NCBI RefSeq assembly: GCF_032191835.1
Contig: NC_083243.1
Span: 101,742,001 to 101,806,000 of the forward strand
Length of the DNA stretch: 64,000 bases
Direction: 5' to 3'
Source: Heteronotia binoei
Lineage: Eukaryota
In this document: piece by piece, positions 40,301 through 51,656 of the stretch
How positions within the stretch are numbered: position 1 is the stretch's first letter
Layout: every line of letters starts with the position of its first letter
Notes under the pieces: model-generated
What the model saw: only the letters and a program-made list of their open reading frames with translations
Told to the model about the DNA's origin: nothing
Database searches by the model: none
Translations under genes and position numbers: made by a program

Positions 40301-41332
40301 TTGGACCAGGCGCTGCAAGCCGTGGCGGACTGGCTCAGGCTGAGTGGGCTGAAGCTGAATCCAGCGAAGACTGAGGTCCTTTGCGTAGGTTGCGGCTGGC
40401 CGGGAGGGGAGATCTCCCTACCAACCTTTGACGGTGCGTCACTGATTCCAGTGCGCAGGGTCAAGAGTTTGGGAGTGCTACTGGAGCCTTCCTTTACAAT
40501 GGAGGCCCAGATAGCTGCCACTGCTAAATCCGTCTTCTTGCATCTTAGGAGGGCGAGGCAGTTGGCCCCCTTCCTGGAACGTAGAGACCTGGCAACTGTG
40601 ATCCATGCAACGGTCACCTCGAGGCTAGACTACTGTAATGCCCTCTACATGGGGCTGCCCTTATACGAACGCGGAAACTGCAGCTAGTGCAGAATGCAGC
40701 GGCCAGGCTGTTAGTGGGACTGCCTCGGTGGGGACATGTGCAGCCTAGGCTGCGGGACCTGCACTGGCTGCCGATTGTGTACCGAGTTCGCTATAAGGTG
40801 CTGGTTATTACCTTTAAAGCCCTATATAGTCGAGGACCTGCCTACCTCAGGGACCGCCTCTCCCCATATGTCCCTCAGAGAGCATTGAGATCTAGTTCTC
40901 AAAACCTTTTAAAAGTCCCTGGACCAAGAGAGGTTAGATTGAAATCAACAAGGGAGCAAGCCTTCTCAACTATGGCTCCCCAATGGTGGAATCAACTACC
41001 AGAAGAGGTGCGAGCCCTGCGAGACCTAAACCAGTTTCGCAGGGCCTGTAAAACTGCCCTCTTTCAGCTTGCATTAAGATGAAACCCGGGAAATGACATC
41101 TAGCCTTCTTAGTTGAACTGTAGCACTGAAATGTATAATTTACAATGGTTTAACTGTTTATTTAATTTTAACTTAACTTATGAATGTAATTTTATTTGTT
41201 TTAATCACTTAATTGTTTGTTGTAATATTGTATTTATTATCATGGTATATACCGTGTCGTGTTAGCCGCCCTGAGCCTGCCTTTGGCGGGGGAGGGCGGG
41301 ATACAAAAATAAATTTATTATTATTATTATTA
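37350..41332 (+). mobile_element. Near full-length L2 LINE (EN-RT ORF2 with two frame breaks), antisense within an ACCS intron
   Basis: EN 38118-38912 (CNTRSINNK, ETW, GDFN, SDH); RT 38879-40687 (LLDLSAAFD, GVPQG, YADD); C-terminus 40687-41082; (TTA)n tail. The 5' boundary is uncertain. Confidence 0.92.
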
Positions 41333-41524
41333 ATGATCCATCGAGTCCAGCATCCTGCATCACAAAATGGTTAGACAGATGCCCCACGACACAAAGATGC
41401 CTTCACACAGGTTGCCACACAGTACTGGTATTTAGAGCCTTACTACCTTTGATCAAGAAGGGCCCCTTTAATCATTACTTGTTCTCCAAAAACTTGCCTG
41501 TTCTCCATTTAAAGCCAACAAAAC

Positions 41525-41660
41525 TAGTAGCTAGATTCAGGTCAGTAGCTTTGTTGGTCTGAAGAAGCAGAACAAAGTTTGAGTCCAGTGGCACCTTTAA
41601 GACAAAATTTTATTCAAGGTATAAGATTTTGTATGCAAACACGCTTCTTCAGATAAACTA
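41525..41660. mobile_element. Penelope-type terminal-repeat fragment
   Basis: GAGTCCAGTGGCACCTTTAAGAC motif; reverse-complement match to 50455-50510. Family assigned from memory. Confidence 0.5.
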
Positions 41661-41770
41661 GTAACTGTCTATAGTCTTTTAGTTTTATACAGGAAGCAGC
41701 AACAAACTCAATAGTGGCCAGCTCTGCTTAGGAAGGAAGGGGTGCATTCTGCATTTAGAATAACACTTAC

Positions 41771-41830
41771 CCGCTTCGACATCAGATCAAAGCACAGTTT
41801 GTTCTCACTGGTGCCAAAATTAATGATGCC
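41771..41830 (-). CDS. ACCS: Coding exon 3 (GIINFGTSENKLCFDLMSKR)
   Basis: 60 nt; AG acceptor and GTAAGT donor; conserved ACS-family GxxENxL motif. Confidence 0.95.
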
Positions 41831-42707
41831 CTTGAAACAGAGACAAAAAGAAATGTTTAAGAAAAAACCCTGGATCCTTCTGCCATGAAAAGGATCAATA
41901 TACTCCAAGTTACATTAACAAGAGAATTTAAAATCAAATTATTTGCATATATTTGATGTTTAAAAATCCCTTTTCCAAAGTGCTTACTGGATCGACCCAG
42001 CACTTAATATAATCCTTTCATTCATATAGCAAGTGTTATACAACACTCATTTTTGAAGGATTTAATTTTTCAGATGACAATTTTGACATACCACCTAGCA
42101 TGAAATACAGAGTAGTTGTTTATTGCTAGGTAATTACATGAGATGGGCCTCAGTTGTAATTCGCAAGGACCAAATGTTTGTTTCTCAGTCAATTATATTC
42201 CATATCGTTCATGTATAGTCATGTACAGAAGTTTTGTTTTTCAGTGTTGGCATATTAGTTTATATGCATCTTCACATCAGAGGCAACAGCATAGTTTCAT
42301 CATCACCTTTCCACATCATTTACTTACTCATATCACTTTGTTCCTTTTGTACCTGTTCTCCTCCCAATCCTCCTTTTCTTAAGCTTTTGGTTTTTACCAT
42401 GTGCAGCTCAATTATGTTTACTAATCCCACTAAGCTCAATGAGGATTACTCCCAAGTAAGTGTATCATAGTCCAAAATCTCAACTCTTACCTTGAATAGA
42501 AATAAAATCTAAGCATGGGTCACTGTATTTGCTCACATTTTTCTCCTGTTAGCTTTGCTGCTCTGTTTCCTGCATTATCTACCCACAATTTAACAGTTAT
42601 AATGCAAGCTCGTAGGAGTAGGGTTTTTTGCTGGGGGTGGTGGTGGTTATAATAGTACAGTGTCACGGAGTAAATAATCATTTAAAATTTAGAAGACCTT
42701 CACTCAC

Positions 42708-43312
42708 ATTGGGATTTTTGTCTTCATCATACTTGTCAGCATGATAGGCCTTGTATCCTTCTTCTGTGGATCCATGGAAGATGCTTGCAATATTGCCTCG
42801 GAGAGAAAGGTACGGGCTGCTTTGGAAATCACCAATGTTACAGAAACTGTACACATTGGTTGTCCTGTCCAAGGGAGGCTGCCCTAACTGTGTGGTCCTT
42901 ATTTCCTGTTGGCCTCCTGATGTGCCAGAAAAGGCCTGGCTAAAGTCCACTCCTTGGGACAGCACAGTTGTAGAGGGGCCGCTATTGTTCTGTTTTAAGA
43001 TGCTGAGCATCTGAGCAAAGACACTGAACATGCGAAACTCATGCTCCCGTTCCAGTTCAAAGCGCCGCTGCTCCAGCTGTATCCGCCGTTCCTCCACCTC
43101 TAGATCTCGCTGCAATCGTCTTTCTTCCATTTGCAGAAAGCGTTCTTCCATTTCCCGCTGTGCTGTCAAGGTCTTCACCAAGAGTTCATCAAGTGGGTCC
43201 TTCAGCCGTTGGGCTTTCCGTTTCTTCCTCAAGCGGTGCAAGGTAGAAAAACCAGGCCGTGGCCCCAGACTTTGGATCCTGGATGAAGAAGCCATGTTAG
43301 GCTCACTTAAAC
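42708..43312 (-). CDS. ACCS: Coding exon 2: basic NLS-like motif, E/R-rich coiled coil, linker and the start of the ACCS domain (YLSLRG...YDEDKNPN)
   Basis: Acceptor TTATAG after a polypyrimidine tract at 43313; 605-nt open exon; donor AAT|GTGAGT at 42707. The 3' end matches the ACCS N-terminal motif (human YLSSRG...YDEDKNPS). Confidence 0.93.
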
Positions 43313-44294
43313 CTATAAGTAAAAAGAGAAAGGGAAATTACCTATACCAATTTCTTTAGATCCCCATTTTGGCAAAGGCCAAGTTTACATTAAAAGTTAA
43401 CTAGCTTCAGGCCGCCCACAGAATCTCAAGTTTAAGCTCACTTCTAGACAACTACTGAATGTTTCCTTCAGTACTTTGAAAAGTACAATGATGGTTCTGA
43501 GGCTTGGTGAGTGCCACATCCTCTTTTCTTCTCTTAATTTACAGGAGATGGCCGTGGTGTCTCAGGAATGAAGGAAAGGTAATCTTCAAATGCTCAAAGA
43601 CATATTTACTGAAAGCAGACCTTCAGTCACAATTATAAACAATTCCAGATAATGGGTTACAAAGAGCCTCCTTCAAGTTCTAGAGACCTGTAACAAATTC
43701 TGTACTGACTCCAATAAGTACTTGCCAGGGTCAGCCTTACTTAGCTTCTGAGATCAGGCTTGCCTTAATAAATTCTGTTTCTGTGATCTCATGTTGCAAT
43801 CTTCCTTTGAAATTTCTCTATAAGAGAAATGCCATTCTTAGGTCAGCAATAGAATGTCCTAGCAGATTAAAATGTTTTCCAGGGGCTTCTCAGTACTGTG
43901 ATTTCTAATGTCAGATTTATATCCATTTATCCATTTGTCACAGGCCTGTTTGTCCAAGAGGTATATAACTTAGAACACTCCGTGAGAGCTTTAACTAATA
44001 CATATATTGAAAATAAAATTTTAAACCACATTATTTCTCACATATTAATGAATTATTTTACAGTTCATTTGACAATATACAATGTTTTTCTTCATTTGTA
44101 GGACCTCCTGAAGTCCAATGCAGGTGTGATTGCAGTTCCCAAACTGGTGTGGCTGCAACTGGACTGCTGCTTTCATCCACTTTCAGAGAATCCTCCTTCA
44201 GGCAGCTCACCAAGGGACTGGCATGTCACAACATAATTTTTTTCCAGTTAACAATATATTAAATTTCATTTTTTCTAGAGTCTTATTCAAGGTA

Positions 44295-44595
44295 AAAAGG
44301 TAAAGGTAGTCCCCTGTGCAAGCACCAGTCGTTTCCGACTCTATTGTGACGTTGCTTTCACATTTTGACGGCAGACTTTTTATGGGGGGGGTTGCCATTG
44401 CCTTCCCCAGTCATCTACACTTTCCCCCCAGCAAGCTGGGTACTGATTTTACTGACCTCAGAAGGATGGAAGGTTGAGTCAACGTAGAGCAGGCTACCTG
44501 AACCCAGCTTCCACTGGAATCGAACTCAGGTCATGAGCAGGGAGCTCAGACTGCAGTACTGCAGCTTTACCACGCTGCGCCACGGGGCTCTTTAG
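44295..44595 (-). mobile_element. Sauria SINE (Squam1), near full length
   Basis: (ACCTTT)n tail read on the plus strand as AAGGTAAAGGT; 13-bp TSD CTTATTCAAGGTA at 44282-44294 and 44596-44608. Confidence 0.88.
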
Positions 44596-47500
44596 CTTAT
44601 TCAAGGTACTCCCATATATAGTCACTACAATTTCAATTTTGGCACGGCTCAATTTTGGCAATGTTTAAGTTATATACCTTACTCATACCTGTGAGCTCTC
44701 TGGTTTCACATGTTTGTCCAAGAGAGCAGAAATAGGTAAGGGTTAGGCTAAAAACATAAATATAGTCTGAGGGTTTCTTTCTTTTGTATGCAATATACAG
44801 TAAATTATTTAGAAAACCAGAAGAGGAACTAACCCCTTGTGAACTCAGGTTCATATTAAACTGTAACACAACATTCTCGCAGATAATCAGAAGAAGGCTT
44901 CATCTCATCCTTATAATTGTGCCTAAGCTTTATCTAAAGAAAAGCTTTCTTTGTTGATTCAAAACAGCATTGAAAATGCAGTTCATTTCCACATAAATAA
45001 ATGTTTGTCAAAGAACCATCTTGTTTCATGAAGTCTACAGTGCCTCACCCATCACATAAAACAGTTTCTCTCCCACCAACTATTTTCAGTGTTTGCCACC
45101 CAGTCGGTCTGTACTGATCAATATCCCTAAAAAAAAAAAGATGTTGGGGTTTTTTTAATCTCAGTGTCAAAAGTAAGAAAAAAGCCCCTTCACAATATGT
45201 CAAACAATCTTGCTGGAACTTCTTAACATTTTAACAAAGGCTCTGAGTATTCAGATACTCTTCTAGACTTGGGATGAACAAACAGGAAGCTTGCTCTATA
45301 ACAGACTACATGACCTTTACTTCTTGTACACATTCACGTATTTCAATGAAAATACTGTTGAAGCAACAGCAGCTGGAGTATAAAATGAATGTTATTTACT
45401 TACTCTATTACAGATGTCTCTCACTGACCTTGAATTCTAATCCAACATCTTTATGAGATCATAAGCCACTAACCACAAAGTCCAAAAATGACACAAACAA
45501 ATTTCACTTCTGCATTTGTGGTTTTAGACTGTCGTTTCCCTTGCATCATGTGTCTTACATGTAAGGTAATTCTAAGAATGTCGAAATTCTGTGAACAAAG
45601 GTCTGCCTCAAAGCTATTTGCAAGCTCAAAAGAAGGAATGCATTGCTGCATAGTACTTTGAAAGCCCTTCCCCCTGCCCAAAGACATCCAATAAATGCAC
45701 TATGGCTTCAGACCACAATGGGATATTAGTTTATCAAAGAAAAGTCCTTTAACTCCTTGGGAAGAAGGGTGGACAGGAAAGCATAAGACCTCAGAATATG
45801 AGTCAGCATAGTGAATACTGCTTCTGTATAGAAAATGTAGCTTTGAGAAAATTCTGAATGTTCTAGGCAGAAAGCAGCAAGGGAGGTCTTGGAATAAAAA
45901 GATCTGCAGAAGGGTAATATGTCTAATTAGTCCCATTACTTGCTTTCAAAGAGCAAGTGGACATTCCTTGAGAATATACAGGTGCTTGCTAGGAGAGGAA
46001 TAAACTTCTCCCTGACCTCTCATAGAGCTTTTTCTTGACTGAACCAGCAGGCAGAGAGACAATCCTCCTCAGCCCTTCCCCACAAAGAGATGTGAGGCTA
46101 TCAATAGAGTTGTAGCAGCCAAAATCATGAAGTTTTTTGGCACTCAAAGACTAACAGGTTTATTACAGTACAACAATAAATCCCCTGCTTTTCAAGAAGA
46201 CGCAAGAGTTGTTTTTATTTTTTCTGTAACAATTACACCTTTGGAATCTCACCTCACTAGTTTTCTTACTGCCTAGTGCCTTTCTGACAGGGGCTTTAAA
46301 ACTTCATTATGTGCTCCTGAAGCCCATTTGAAGTGTTTGCTTCCAAACTTAAGACATGATGGGACTGCCAGTCACAATTTGTCTTTGGTCCAGTCTATGT
46401 GCCTTTGAGGGCAAAAAAACAAAACAAAACACATAGTCACATTTGAAAGAGGAATAGGCTGTTCCTTACATCCAGCAGAAAAGTCATGTGGAAAACTGGA
46501 CTACACATTTCAGCGGCAGCAGGGATAAGGCAGCACATGCAGACATTATTTTAAATGGCCTTCATGCAACAAAAACAACAGTAGCCCATGCTTAAATGAT
46601 ACAGATAATCAAACAATGGCTGCTTCCTTTCCTGAGGAACACTATGGCCCTATGTGGGATAACTGCTGAAAGTCAGCAGCCAGCAAGCACCAAATTGATT
46701 GATTTTTAGATGCCAGAAAGACTCCTCCTTGTCCTGGTTGCTTCAGGGATACTAATAATCCCCCCCATCTCTTATTTGGAATCTTCTGCAGGTTGCTAGA
46801 GAGCTAACACATATATTTCCTAAGTAAATAAACTCAATATGCCTTGTCATATGTGTTGCTGATCACTCACTTGCGTTCTACAAGTCATAAAAGGAATGTC
46901 TCCTGGGCACACCCTCATGGCTTAAGGCACACGTGGATGGGGGGAGATGAGGACAGGCACTGGTCTGATAATATGGTTTCCTGGTTTCTAGTTTTGAACT
47001 GGACAGTCCAGTATTATCACTTTCGGTCCAGTAAACATTTATATGTCCAGTAATGTCCAGAAAACACTGGACATATAAATGTCCATTATTTTATGATTAA
47101 GTCGGCCTGCAATCAAGTTCTGTGCATGTGCTCTTTCTTTATTCTGGGACTTGATAAAGTGGTGACACTCCCATTTGCTTGTTTTCCATCACAGCCAGTA
47201 AGGTCTGACAAGAATCAGATCCACCCTTCAGCAGCAAGGCAAGACTGAGGAAAGTTGGAAAGACTTTCATGGCCAACCAATTAGCTTCCTGTGTTGGTTC
47301 CACGTGTTTATGGGAGTAGAGGGTAGCAGGATTGAATTTTCTAAAGGAAAGTGAAAAAAGAAACCTTGTGGGGTTCATGCTGGGGGGAGGGGAGGCTGTA
47401 GAATTTGGAGGAAGCAAGTCACGCAGAGGGCAGCATTTGGACAGGGTGCCTACCTGCATTTTATCTTTTGCACAGCTATGCATGCACTTTATTGCTATTA

Positions 47501-48155
47501 AGTAATCTTAAGGTTGCAAGACTATACATCAGTGTGATGTTGTGGTTGGAATCTGGGAGAGCCAGGTTCAATCCCCACTCTGCTCTGGAAACCTGATGAA
47601 CAACTTTGGGCAACTCACCCATTCTCAGCCTAACTGCTTAGGGTCCCCACTGGGGGAAAATTGGGGTATAAATATATTAAAGGAATTAAATAAAACAAAC
47701 CCTTCTGCACACACAAAGCTAGATGTTGGGGAGAAAAGCTCCAGCTTAGTCTTTTCCTTTAAATGCTAGTTTTCCATGCATACCACTTGCAAGATCTCTG
47801 AATAGATGTTATGCTCTCCCAAAGGTCCAATAAAGCTGGGGGGCGGGGTTGAGTGTGAGAGAAATGAAATAGCAGCGGTGGCAAAACATATGCAACACTT
47901 AAACATACATTTACATTTTATTACTTGTCCCACAGAGACCATAATATGATCACGAACTCAGTGGTTTCACTTTATCTCTTGAACATACAGTTGACAAATT
48001 TTTATCAAATGCATCAAATATTTTTGTTGAAACCATCTGCCAACCCTATCAGATACTGAGAAGAAATTAAGGATCATTTCACTCATCAGATGTTCGAGTA
48101 ACTACAGAATGTTCAAGTAAATACAGATACTCTTCTTTGTGAGTATAGAAATATC

Positions 48156-48272
48156 CAGGGCTTTTTTGTAGAAAAAGCCCAGCAGGAACTCATTTGCATA
48201 TTAGGCCACACTTCCTAATGTCAAACCAGCCGGAACTGTGTTCCTGTGCGTTCCTGCTTTTAAAAAGCCCTG
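48156..48272. mobile_element. 117-bp hAT MITE
   Basis: TIRs CAGGGCTTTTT and AAAAAGCCCTG; perfect 8-bp TSD GAAATATC. Confidence 0.9.
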
Positions 48273-48789
48273 GAAATATCATTGAAAACAGAGAATTGCC
48301 CATCCACAAAGACATAGCTGGAGCAAGCTATCCTAACTAAGGTCCTGACACCCAGCAATAAGATCTGCACAAATCCTGCAATCACAAAATTTTAATCTAG
48401 GGAATTAATAGTTGTGAACACGGATGCAATCAGGTCCACCCAATATCCATAATCTGATAAACACCGAGAGTCCCGCAGGATTTGACTTGCCATGAAAAGT
48501 ATGGAAAACAGCTAACAGAATCCGAACAGGCTTTGGCAGTTGAGCAGACCTGTTGCTTAAATGAGGCAAAATATCAGGATCTGAATGCGATTGCGGTGCA
48601 GCCCACCAAACTATTTTCCATCTGTCACAGGAATGTGAGCATTGTGCTTTCCACAGTGATGTGATATAACTCCTTGAACTCTCCTCAGCTGTAACTGAGT
48701 AAACTGAACATTTAGAAATTAGTATTTAGGAGACTGACCAATCAGTATGCATATTCATTGTATCAACTAAGTTACATATTTTATACTAT

Positions 48790-48925
48790 TAGAATCATAA
48801 AATTGGAAGGTACCTCTAGGGTCATCTAGTCCAACCTCCTGCACAATGCAGGAAACTCACAAACAGCTCCCCCTAAATTCACAGGATCTTCATTGCTGTC
48901 AGATGGCCATCTAGCCTCTGTTTAA
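48790..48925 (-). mobile_element. CR1 3'-end fragment
   Basis: TAGAATCATA...GGTCATCTAGTCCAACC, a typical CR1 3' terminus. Confidence 0.7.
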
Positions 48926-50511
48926 ATTATATGCTTCCTGTGTGTAACTCTGCCATCCAATAAATAAATACTACAGAATTGTGTCTATCTAGGAAAATGC
49001 ATCAGGGTCCCACTTAAGAGACATACTCAAGAGTATGTGTTTTTCCACATGCTACTGTAGGCAAAATACTATGTCCAAAGGGCCATTCAGGTGCAGCCTC
49101 AAGAACACAGACATGACTGCAATTGTATGTACACCTACCAGGCAGTTTGGGTTGCAGTTCCACTGTTTCTTTTTGTATAAACTGACCCAGTATTTTTATG
49201 TTGGAACAAACATTCATTTAGGAACAGTTCGCCTTCCCTTTGCTGTGAGGTTTAAGCAAGAATTATAAATCATCTTCAAAAGGGCTTTTAGGTCTGGGAC
49301 CTGTTCCTCTATAAACAAACCTAAATATATATTTGGCCATAATATAACCCCTTCTCCATATATCCATGTTGTCTTGCAAGGGATCTTGTGGCTGGAATTC
49401 TTTAATGATTGCACAGTATTTCTTGGAGAAATATTGCCATGGATCCTATGAATGAGTTTTGTGCAAGCTACTTAGTCTCCACCACAGATCATGCTTCCTT
49501 GTGCTGTTTGCAGAAGGGCCCACTGAAAACCACTTATGTCCATATCTTTATGTCTATACCTTTCCTTTTTAAAAATTGTGCATATTTTTTTTCTTTTTTA
49601 ATAACATTTAACATTTACTGATGGGCCCTGAAAAGGTCCCATACTGAAATATATAGATCCTGTTTAAATCAAGAAGTCATTATCTCTATTGCAGATTTTC
49701 ATAAACTTCATGCTCATTTTTCTCTCTCCACTTATTCTCAGCTAGAGATGATCCCACTCACTCTGTTTGCAGCATTTAACAGTAGTTTGAATAATGAATA
49801 AGCAGTTCTACCTCCTGCCAAAAGAGCTGCAGAAATACCAGATGAAGCAACAGCAGAAACAATCATCCTTTTTTTTGTGATGAGCAGCCAAATTTAGATT
49901 TACAACAAATGTCATTTCATATTTTTCTCACCAAAAGAGAGCCAAAGCAGCTTACCTGGTTCTCCTCTCCTCTGTTTTATCCTTACAACAATATTGAGAG
50001 ATAAGTTAGGCCACGAGTATATGACTGGCCCAAACTCAGCCAGCAAACTCCAATGGCACAGTGGAGATTCATACCTGGAAAATCCTTGGTCCTATCCCAA
50101 CATTCTAACCCCTACACCACACTAGTTTTATTTTCTGATGAATTAAACAAACATAGCATGATAGGGGTGGGAGGGTGGGGTTGGAATCTAATGTGGGCCA
50201 AGAGTTTCTGATTTCAGACTGCTGAATTGCAACTGAACACGAAGCTCAAGACAGTGCATCCACCGGGACTGAATTGAGAGCCAGGTTTCCTGTCTCGTAG
50301 CCAATGCTCATTTTCCCACGCATACTACTTCTACATATCACACGTAATCCAATTGCACCTTCTGTTGTCATTTGCCTGCTAATGTAATTTGGAATCTGAA
50401 ATCACTTCACTTTCCAATATATAGGACAGATGTACTCACATACTAGCTTTACCTGAAGAAGTGAGCAGTGACTAAATTTTGTTGGTCTTTAAGATGCTAC
50501 TGGACTCCTAT

Positions 50512-51226
50512 CAGGGTAATACCCAGGATTTAAAATTTAGTGGGGCACAAAAAGACAATTTGGGGGGGGGGGGGGAGGGCAAAAAACCCACCAGAAAATA
50601 AACCACTTTCTTCAAACCTTTCAAGGCACAGGAATGCTCCACCTCACCTGCCAGAGCTTGGCTCTGCGCACCCACCAAGGGGAGACATGCAAGCCCTGCT
50701 GCCCACTCCTCCCTGCTGCTCTCCAGGGCAATGATGGGCTTTTCTGCACTGGCCACCCTGATGGGAGGGAAGTGGCCCTTAAGCAGGGGGATGGTGGAGG
50801 AGGTGGAAGTCTAGGCCGGGTATTGGCACCACCACAAATGGCAGGCCAGCCAGCCAGCACAGGGTAACTGTAACAAGCTGGGTGGGTGCTGGCCAGGCGA
50901 GCCCCAGAGAAAGCAGGCAAGAGGCAGCAGCTGTCGCTGTGGTGGATATGAACACAGTGCCGCTGGTGGGTGCCAACTTTGTCTTCAAGCAGGAGGCACT
51001 GATGGGGCCTTCCGAGTGGCTGTGCTTCCCTGAGTGCCACCATGTGCACCTCCTGGAGTGCACGAGGAAGGGAGTGCCACCTCAGTCAGCCGGTGAGAGG
51101 TTTGGGGGCAGCTTGCTGGGTGGTGGCAGTGAGTTAGGATGGTAAGTGGTGGGGCCGGGGTCTCTGGTCTCAATGTTTCGGTTATGGGGTCAGAACCCTG
51201 TGGGCCCCATTGTGGCTATGGGCCTG
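50512..51226. mobile_element. Non-autonomous hAT element of the same family as 19111-19912
   Basis: CAGGGTAATACCCAGGATTT...GGCTATGGGCCTG; TSD ACTCCTAT / ACTCTTAT (7/8). Confidence 0.75.
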
Positions 51227-51249
51227 ACTCTTATTCTTTTCTCCTGCTA

Positions 51250-51365
51250 AAGGTAAAGGTAGTCCCCTGTGCAAGCACCAGTCATTTTCAACTCTGGGGT
51301 GATGTTGCTTTCACAACATTTTCACGGCAGACTTTTTACGGGTGGTTTGCCATTGCCTTCCCCAG
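51250..51365 (-). mobile_element. 5'-truncated Sauria SINE
   Basis: Same 3' sequence as the copy at 44295; 12-bp TSD TTTCTCCTGCTA at 51238-51249 and 51366-51377. Confidence 0.85.
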
Positions 51366-51394
51366 TTTCTCCTGCTACAGACAGACTAACTCAT

Positions 51395-51656
51395 ACCGAT
51401 TTTGCATACAGCTTACCCCACGGTCACATTCCTCTTCTCTGCGCAGTGTCCGTCAGATTTCCCACTATCTGCGCCAGGGTTACAGGAAGTGTCGCGGCTT
51501 TCACATAGCAAACGTAAACCGCTTAAACCCAGTTTACATTTGCTACGCAAAAGCCACAGCACGTCCTGTAACTCTGGCGCAGATAGTGGGAAATCCGACG
51601 GACGCTGCACAGAGAAGAGGAACGTGACCGTGGGGTAAGCTGTGTGCGAAATCGGT
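51395..51656. repeat. 262-bp imperfect palindrome (fold-back MITE)
   Basis: Arms of about 125 bp (ACCGATTTTGCATACAGCTTACCCCACGG... and ...CCGTGGGGTAAGCTGTGTGCGAAATCGGT) around a ~12-nt loop. Confidence 0.9.

Noticed and set aside
14902-42812. Ethylene biosynthesis, or horizontal transfer from plants or bacteria
   Set aside because: The sequence follows the vertebrate ACCS family (DW-GH motif, many spliceosomal introns), and human ACCS is known to lack ACC synthase activity.
44070-44220. Exon-like open stretch (SPLVSCLKEDSLKVDESSSPV... on the minus strand; an acceptor-like TTTGTAG on the plus strand)
   Set aside because: No good minus-strand acceptor, no recognisable protein, and exons 1 and 2 already join in frame without it.
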